Below, piece by piece: positions 37,654-42,540 of a DNA stretch of 44,717 nucleotides. The notes below the pieces were generated by a model that saw only the letters and a list, made by a program, of their open reading frames with translations, made no database searches and had not been told where the DNA came from. The first letter of the stretch is position 1; each line of letters starts with the position of its first letter. The DNA comes from Candidatus Harrisonbacteria bacterium (GTDB taxonomy: Bacteria; Patescibacteriota; Minisyncoccia; UBA6257; 1-14-0-10-40-38), in NCBI GenBank assembly GCA_023245035.1, contig JAHFLD010000001.1, forward strand, positions 149,285 through 194,001. The letters run 5' to 3'. Both the position numbers and the translations under genes were made by a program.

Positions 37654-37706
37654 GCCCGTCCGTAGCCCTGCCTGCCGGAAGGCAGGTCGAGCGGAGGCGG
37701 GTTCGT
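37654..37706. repeat. nested-hairpin REP-like element, copy 2
   Basis: GCCCGTCCGTAGCCCTGCCTGCCGGAAGGCAGGTCGAGCGGAGGCGGGTTCGT. Lies 35 nt after the tkt-C stop. Confidence 0.7.
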
Positions 37707-37789
37707 TGATTTGACTCACCTTGTATTTATTCGTACATTCGCCCGCCCGTAGCCTAGAGAGCAGGGGCTGATTGGTCTTCATTCGTACT

Positions 37790-37808
37790 AGATTCGTTAT
37801 TCGTTGAT
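37790..37808 (+). promoter_or_regulatory. conserved 19-nt box AGATTCGTTATTCGTTGAT (copy 2)
   Basis: Exact copy, followed by TATACT (37811-37816) and then 6 nt before the ATG at 37823. Confidence 0.6.
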
Positions 37809-37822
37809 GTTATACTTAAGTC

Positions 37823-38803
37823 ATGAAATTCGACCTTCTCGGCATTGGCGACACCGTCACCGACGCCTTTATCCGTCTTGAAGAAGCCAAAGTCAAAGGC
37901 GAGGGGAATGATCGCGAACTTTGCCTGCGCTTTGCCGACAAGATTCCCTACGAGGAGGTCTATGTTGTCCCCGCGGTTGGCAATAGCGCCAACGCCGTGG
38001 TTGCCGCCTCTCGTCTCGGCCTCAAAAGCGCCTTAGTGACCAATATCGGCGATGACGCCGAAGGTCGCCAATGTCTCAAAAAGTTTCGCACCGAAGATGT
38101 GAGTGCCAGATTCGTCAAAAGTCATCGCGGCAAAAAGACCAACTACCACTACGTTCTTTGGTATGGCGATGAACGAACTATTTTAATTAAGCACTACCTT
38201 TACGACTACGCCCTGCCGCGCATTGATTCTCCTCGTTGGATTTATCTCTCTTCGCTTGGCGAAAATTCTCTGCCCCTCCACGACACGCTGGCCGAATATC
38301 TGGTCGCTCACCCCGAAATTAAATTGGCCTTTCAGCCGGGAACTTTTCAGATTAAATTTGGCAAGGAGCGCCTGCAAAAAATATATGAACGAAGCGAAAT
38401 CTTTTTCTGCAACAAGGAAGAGGCGGAGCGAATTTTGGGCTTACCGCAGACCGAAATCAAAACCTTGCTCAAAGCCGTGAGCGCCCTTGGGCCCAAGATA
38501 GTGGTGATTACCGACGGCCCCGCCGGCGCCTACGCGCTCCACGAGGGCCAGGCCTGGAAGATGCCAAGTTATCCCGATCCCAAACCGCCCTACGAACGCA
38601 CCGGCGCCGGCGATGCTTTTTCCGCCACGCTGACCTCCGCGCTCGCGCTCGGGTTATCTTTTCAAGACGCCCTGCGCTGGGGGCCGATTAACTCCATGGC
38701 AGTTGTGCAGGAAGTCGGCGCCCAAGCCGGCTTACTTTCCCGAGAAAAGCTGGAAGATTATTTACGCCAAGCCCCAACCGACTACATCCCACAAAAAATA
38801 TAA
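37823..38803 (+). CDS. PfkB-family carbohydrate/nucleoside kinase
   Basis: N-terminal GIGD...D, a GG.A.N-like region, and the C-terminal TGAGDAF anion-hole motif. 326 aa. Substrate not assignable by eye. Confidence 0.8.
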   Translation: MKFDLLGIGDTVTDAFIRLEEAKVKGEGNDRELCLRFADKIPYEEVYVVPAVGNSANAVVAASRLGLKSALVTNIGDDAEGRQCLKKFRTEDVSARFVKSHRGKKTNYHYVLWYGDERTILIKHYLYDYALPRIDSPRWIYLSSLGENSLPLHDTLAEYLVAHPEIKLAFQPGTFQIKFGKERLQKIYERSEIFFCNKEEAERILGLPQTEIKTLLKAVSALGPKIVVITDGPAGAYALHEGQAWKMPSYPDPKPPYERTGAGDAFSATLTSALALGLSFQDALRWGPINSMAVVQEVGAQAGLLSREKLEDYLRQAPTDYIPQKI

Positions 38804-38850
38804 AGCACATTCGTGTCTATAGATCGATGAGTCATTCGTAAATTCGCAAA

Positions 38851-38869
38851 AGATTCGTTATTCGTTGAT
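38851..38869 (+). promoter_or_regulatory. conserved 19-nt box AGATTCGTTATTCGTTGAT (copy 3)
   Basis: Exact copy. It overlaps GATAAT (38867-38872), which lies 7 nt before the ATG at 38880. Confidence 0.6.
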
Positions 38870-38879
38870 AATTGATCCT

Positions 38880-39758
38880 ATGAAATCCCTCCACGCCATC
38901 ATTCAAGAAGCTGAAGAGCAAAAAATCGCCATCGGACATTTTAACATTTCCGACCTTGTGGCTCTGCGGGCGATCTTTGAATCAGCGCGCGGCCTGTCGG
39001 CTACCGAAAAAACGCCGGTCATCGTTGGTCTCTCCGAGGGCGAGCGTGATTTTGTGGGTACGAGAGAAGCGGCGCTTTTGGTAAAAAATCTGCGGGAAAG
39101 TTTTGACTATCCGATCTTTATCAATGCCGATCACACGCACTCCTTGGAAAAAATCAAAGAAGCGGTAGCCGCCGGCTACGACGCGGTTATTTTTGACGGC
39201 AGCAAACTGCCGCTTGCGGAAAATATCGCCCGCACCAAAGAAGCGGTTGCCTACGTCAAGAGCTCCTCGCCGGAAACCATTGTTGAGGGCGAACTGGGCT
39301 ACATCGGCTCCTCTTCCACTATTCTTACCTCCGCTCCCGAAGGCGCGGGTTTTGATCTAGAGCACGCGACCAAGCCCGATGAGGCGCGAAGTTTTGTGGC
39401 CGAAACCGGAGTTGATCTTTTTTCTCCGTCGGTCGGCAATCTTCACGGCATGTTCGCGGATCAGCCGAATCCGCGCCTTCACATCAATCGCATTGCCGAA
39501 ATTAAATCCGCCGCCAAAGTTCCGCTGGTTCTGCATGGCGGTTCGGGTATCAGCGATGCCGACTTCGCTTCGGCGATTAAAGCCGGAATTTCTATCATTC
39601 ACATCAACACCGAAATTCGTCTCGCCTGGAAAAAAGGCGTCGCCGAAGGATTGGCCGCCTCGGGCAACGAAGTGGCGCCCTATAAAATTCTGGAGCCTTC
39701 TCTGCGTAAAATGAAAGAAGTCATTACCGCTCGTCTCAAACTTTTCGGCCGTTTATAA
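38880..39758 (+). CDS. fba: class II fructose/ketose-bisphosphate aldolase
   Basis: Contains FNI......A...A, INADHTHS, LHGGSG and the HINTE pattern. ATG at 38880, not TTG at 38865. Confidence 0.88.
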   Translation: MKSLHAIIQEAEEQKIAIGHFNISDLVALRAIFESARGLSATEKTPVIVGLSEGERDFVGTREAALLVKNLRESFDYPIFINADHTHSLEKIKEAVAAGYDAVIFDGSKLPLAENIARTKEAVAYVKSSSPETIVEGELGYIGSSSTILTSAPEGAGFDLEHATKPDEARSFVAETGVDLFSPSVGNLHGMFADQPNPRLHINRIAEIKSAAKVPLVLHGGSGISDADFASAIKAGISIIHINTEIRLAWKKGVAEGLAASGNEVAPYKILEPSLRKMKEVITARLKLFGRL

Positions 39759-39789
39759 AAAATTCCCCGCTTAGCTTGAAGCGGGGAAT
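39757..39789 (-). terminator. intrinsic terminator reading on the minus strand (also caps fba)
   Basis: 11-bp stem ATTCCCCGCTT/AAGCGGGGAAT (39762-39772 / 39779-39789). The U-run follows only in the minus orientation (plus-strand A-run 39757-39761). Confidence 0.75.
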
Positions 39790-40041
39790 GTGGAATAACA
39801 AGAGCCGGACGGGTAGGGGGCGGTCGCCTTAACACCAGCATCCCTGCGAACTTCCCAGTCCCATTGGAGAAAAAAACAGGACTCCATTCGCGCTTCAGTC
39901 AAGTTTCCGCAGTGGATTACCACTTGGGCCGCGTTAGAGTTGTTCTCGAAAAGGCGTTGCGCGACATCGCTGTCCCATGGAAAAAAGACAACTTGCCGCG
40001 ATTAAGCCATCCTGCCCGTCCGGCTGAATTTGTAAGGAACT
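39757..40041 (-). ncRNA. candidate structured sRNA, unit 2 (family not identified)
   Basis: Minus-strand promoter TTGACA-16-TATCTT (40070-40075, 40048-40053). 15-bp long-range helix 39803-39817 / 40011-40025. Terminator at 39757-39789. No credible ORF. Confidence 0.5.
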
Positions 40042-40073
40042 AAAAACAAGATAGCAGATATTGTAAGTTTGTC

Positions 40074-40114
40074 AAAAAAAAGCCGCCGCTGGTCATAACT
40101 AACCAAGCGGCGGC
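40074..40114 (-). terminator. intrinsic terminator reading on the minus strand
   Basis: GCCGCCGCTGGT / ACCAAGCGGCGGC stem (40082-40114) with one bulge. An 8-nt U-run follows on the minus strand (plus-strand A-run 40074-40081). Confidence 0.8.
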
Positions 40115-40290
40115 GGGAAAAGACCTGCACCCGAAAGACGATACCGCGGGAAAAAACGGCAGCGAGTTAAAGAGATAATTGTACCTGGAGTCCCCAGCCA
40201 ACCATCTCATCTCCGGCAGGAAGGAAGAGGGAAAAGGGAGAATTGCGACGGAGATCTCGCCGTCTTTCGTGGTGCAGTTTGAAAGGGCTG
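40074..40290 (-). ncRNA. candidate structured sRNA, unit 1 (family not identified)
   Basis: Minus-strand promoter TTGACT-17-TATGCT (40320-40325, 40297-40302). 16-bp closing helix 40125-40140 / 40261-40277. C/U-rich tract (complement of 40215-40242). Terminator at 40074-40114. Confidence 0.5.
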
Positions 40291-40361
40291 TTGAGAAGCA
40301 TATCAAAGCTTCTTATAAAAGTCAACTCAAAACCCACTGTAACCAAGGTTGATGCCCTTTC

Positions 40362-40390
40362 TTGTAATTTTCCACCGCCTACAGTATACT
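40362..40390 (+). promoter_or_regulatory. sigma70-like promoter TTGTAA-17-TATACT for rplY
   Basis: Hexamers at 40362-40367 and 40385-40390. The ATG lies 9 nt downstream. Confidence 0.5.
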
Positions 40391-40399
40391 GACCCAACT

Positions 40400-41080
40400 A
40401 TGGATTTAGTCGTGGAAAAACGAGAAAAGTTCGGCAAAGCCACTTCCGAAATGCGCCGCCGGGGCTTGGTTCCCGCGGAGCTTTATGGACCCGGGATTCC
40501 CAATATTCACTTGGCTATTCCGGTCAAAAACCTTACTAAAGTTCTCAAAACCGCCGGCGAAAGCTCTCTGGTGAACGTAGTTATTATGGGCGGATCCAAA
40601 GAGGATCGCCGCCAAGTTTTCGTTTACGACGTGCAAAACGATCCGGTCACCGACGAGATTGTCGCGGTGGATCTTTATCAGGCGAAGCTAGACCAGAAAA
40701 TCATTATCAGCGTGCCCCTAACCTTTGTTGGTGAAGCTCCGGCGGTAAAAAGCGAAAGCGGAATTTTGGTAAAAGCCGTTCAAGAAATCAAGATCGAAGC
40801 CCTGCCGGCCGACATTCCTCATGAAATTATTGTCAACCTTGAATCGTTGACTAAGATAGGCCAGAGCATCGCCGTTAAAGACCTGGCCATAGGCGCCAAG
40901 GTCAAAGTTATGCTTGAAGCCGAGGCCGTAGTGGCAACCGTGACCGCTCAAATAGCGGAGGAGGAACAGCCCGTAGCCGAAGTTAAACTAGACGCGATTA
41001 AAGTTGAAGGCGAAGAAAAGCGTGCCGAAAAAGCCAAACAAGCCGCCGAGAAAACAGCCACCGAAAGTTCTGCCTCTTAA
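40400..41080 (+). CDS. rplY: 50S ribosomal protein L25 / general stress protein Ctc (long form)
   Basis: MDLVVEKREKFGKATSEMRRRGLVPAELYG... is the typical L25 N-terminus, followed by a beta-rich middle and an acidic/Lys-rich tail. ATG at 40400. Confidence 0.88.
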   Translation: MDLVVEKREKFGKATSEMRRRGLVPAELYGPGIPNIHLAIPVKNLTKVLKTAGESSLVNVVIMGGSKEDRRQVFVYDVQNDPVTDEIVAVDLYQAKLDQKIIISVPLTFVGEAPAVKSESGILVKAVQEIKIEALPADIPHEIIVNLESLTKIGQSIAVKDLAIGAKVKVMLEAEAVVATVTAQIAEEEQPVAEVKLDAIKVEGEEKRAEKAKQAAEKTATESSAS

Positions 41081-41121
41081 GCTCTTCAATCTAGTGGACG
41101 AAGGCGCGAGTCAATCGTCTC

Positions 41122-42537
41122 ATGCGATTTAATATTAACCTAACCCCTAAACCAAACCGATTCCGGAAGTGGAGCGGCGCGTTTTTATTTATTGGCGTGC
41201 TCGCCGGTCTTTTTTTTGTTTTCAACCCAAGAGCCGAAGTTCTGGCTCAAACATTAAGCCCCGCCGAAGAGCGCGCCTCGCTGGAACGGCAGCTCGAAGA
41301 ATTTGAAAGCCAAATTAGCGATTACGAAAAAACTTTGGCGGTTTATAAAAATCAGGGTAAAAGTCTCTCGTCGGAAATCACTAGGCTCAACGCCAAGGTC
41401 AGCAAATTAAATCTGCAAATTAAAGCCGTCAATCTTTCTCTAAAAAAACTTGATGGTGAGATCTCCGAGAAGGTGGCCAAAATCAACGATACCAAAGAAA
41501 AAATAGATTTCAACAAGGACGCCTTAAGCGATGCCCTGCAGTCCAACTACGAATCCAGCAACACCGGACTCGTGGAGGTCTTACTCCAAAATCCCAAACT
41601 GTCTGATTTTTTTGGCGGTATAAATCATCTCTTGCAAATCCAGCAGAGTCTCGCGATTACCATCAACCGGATTACCGACCTAAAAAATCAGCTCTCCGAT
41701 GAAAAAGAAATTCTGGCTCTAAAACGGAGCGACACCGTCAAGCTCAAAGAATATCAAGACGCGCAAAAAAATGAGGTTGAGCAATCCAAAAAAGAAAAAG
41801 ACAGTATCCTTAAAGTCACCAAGGGCAAGGAGTCCGAATATCAAAAGCTGATAAAAGAAACTCAAAAATCGGCGGCGCAAATCCGGAATCGTATCTTTGA
41901 ACTTCTCGGCGGCGGCAAGCTGACTTTTGAAGAGGCCTATAAGTTCGCCAAGTTCGCCGGCGATGCCGCCGGTCTTCGGCCGTCAATGATTCTGGCGGTT
42001 TTGGATCGCGAATCTTCGCTGGGCGAAAATGTTGGCCGTTGCAAATATAATAAAAATCCCTACTACCCAGATCGGGCTCAAAACCCGACCGCCATGCATC
42101 CGACCCGCGACATTCCCAAATTTTTGGAATTAACAACAGCTCTGGGGCTTAATCCGGAAACAACCCTGGTCTCTTGTCCGATTCCGCAAGACGGCGCTTA
42201 TGGCGGGGGAATGGGCCCGGCGCAATTCATTCCTTCAACCTGGTATATTTATAAGGAGAAGATTAAAGACATTACCGCCAGCAATCCGGCCTCGCCCTGG
42301 AAAAATTCCGACGCCTTTGCCGGAACCGGACTCTATCTAAAAGATGCCTACTCCTCGCGCGACTGCGTCAATTATGGCGCCAAAATTCCCGCCGAAGCGA
42401 CTCGCCTCCAAGAGCGTTGCGCTGCCGCCAAATATTATGCCGGCGGACGCTGGTATTCTTATCGCTTCGCCTACGGCGAAGCGGTGGTGGATCGCGCCGA
42501 TCGTTTTGACCGAGACATCCAGATTCTTAACTCCTAG
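41122..42537 (+). CDS. secreted coiled-coil protein with C-terminal lytic transglycosylase (MltB/SLT_2-like) domain
   Basis: Signal anchor and about 230 aa of heptad-rich sequence, then MILAVLDRESSLG (catalytic Glu-Ser context) and GGGMGPAQFIPSTW. Confidence 0.7.
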   Translation: MRFNINLTPKPNRFRKWSGAFLFIGVLAGLFFVFNPRAEVLAQTLSPAEERASLERQLEEFESQISDYEKTLAVYKNQGKSLSSEITRLNAKVSKLNLQIKAVNLSLKKLDGEISEKVAKINDTKEKIDFNKDALSDALQSNYESSNTGLVEVLLQNPKLSDFFGGINHLLQIQQSLAITINRITDLKNQLSDEKEILALKRSDTVKLKEYQDAQKNEVEQSKKEKDSILKVTKGKESEYQKLIKETQKSAAQIRNRIFELLGGGKLTFEEAYKFAKFAGDAAGLRPSMILAVLDRESSLGENVGRCKYNKNPYYPDRAQNPTAMHPTRDIPKFLELTTALGLNPETTLVSCPIPQDGAYGGGMGPAQFIPSTWYIYKEKIKDITASNPASPWKNSDAFAGTGLYLKDAYSSRDCVNYGAKIPAEATRLQERCAAAKYYAGGRWYSYRFAYGEAVVDRADRFDRDIQILNS

Positions 42538-42540
42538 TCT

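Noticed and set aside
39803-40277. Assigning the two RNA candidates to RNase P RNA, tmRNA, SRP RNA or 6S RNA
   Set aside because: I looked on both strands for the RNase P P4 signatures (GAGGAAAGUCC, ACAGAA..GGCUUA), the tmRNA tRNA-like end (GGUUCGA..UCCACCA) and the SRP domain IV (GGUCC-GGAA-GGAAGCAGC), and for a 6S-type continuous rod. None is convincingly present. CCGGCAGGAAGGAAGAGG at 40213-40230 only superficially resembles the SRP motif and cannot form its helix. A covariance-model scan is needed.
40040-40397. Minus-strand ORFs 40040-40306 (88 aa) and 40167-40397 (76 aa) as protein genes
   Set aside because: Both start at non-ATG or poorly supported codons and have low-complexity, Cys/Pro/Ser/Phe-rich composition. 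The 88-aa ORF reads straight through the strong terminator hairpin at 40082-40114. The region is better explained as non-coding RNA.
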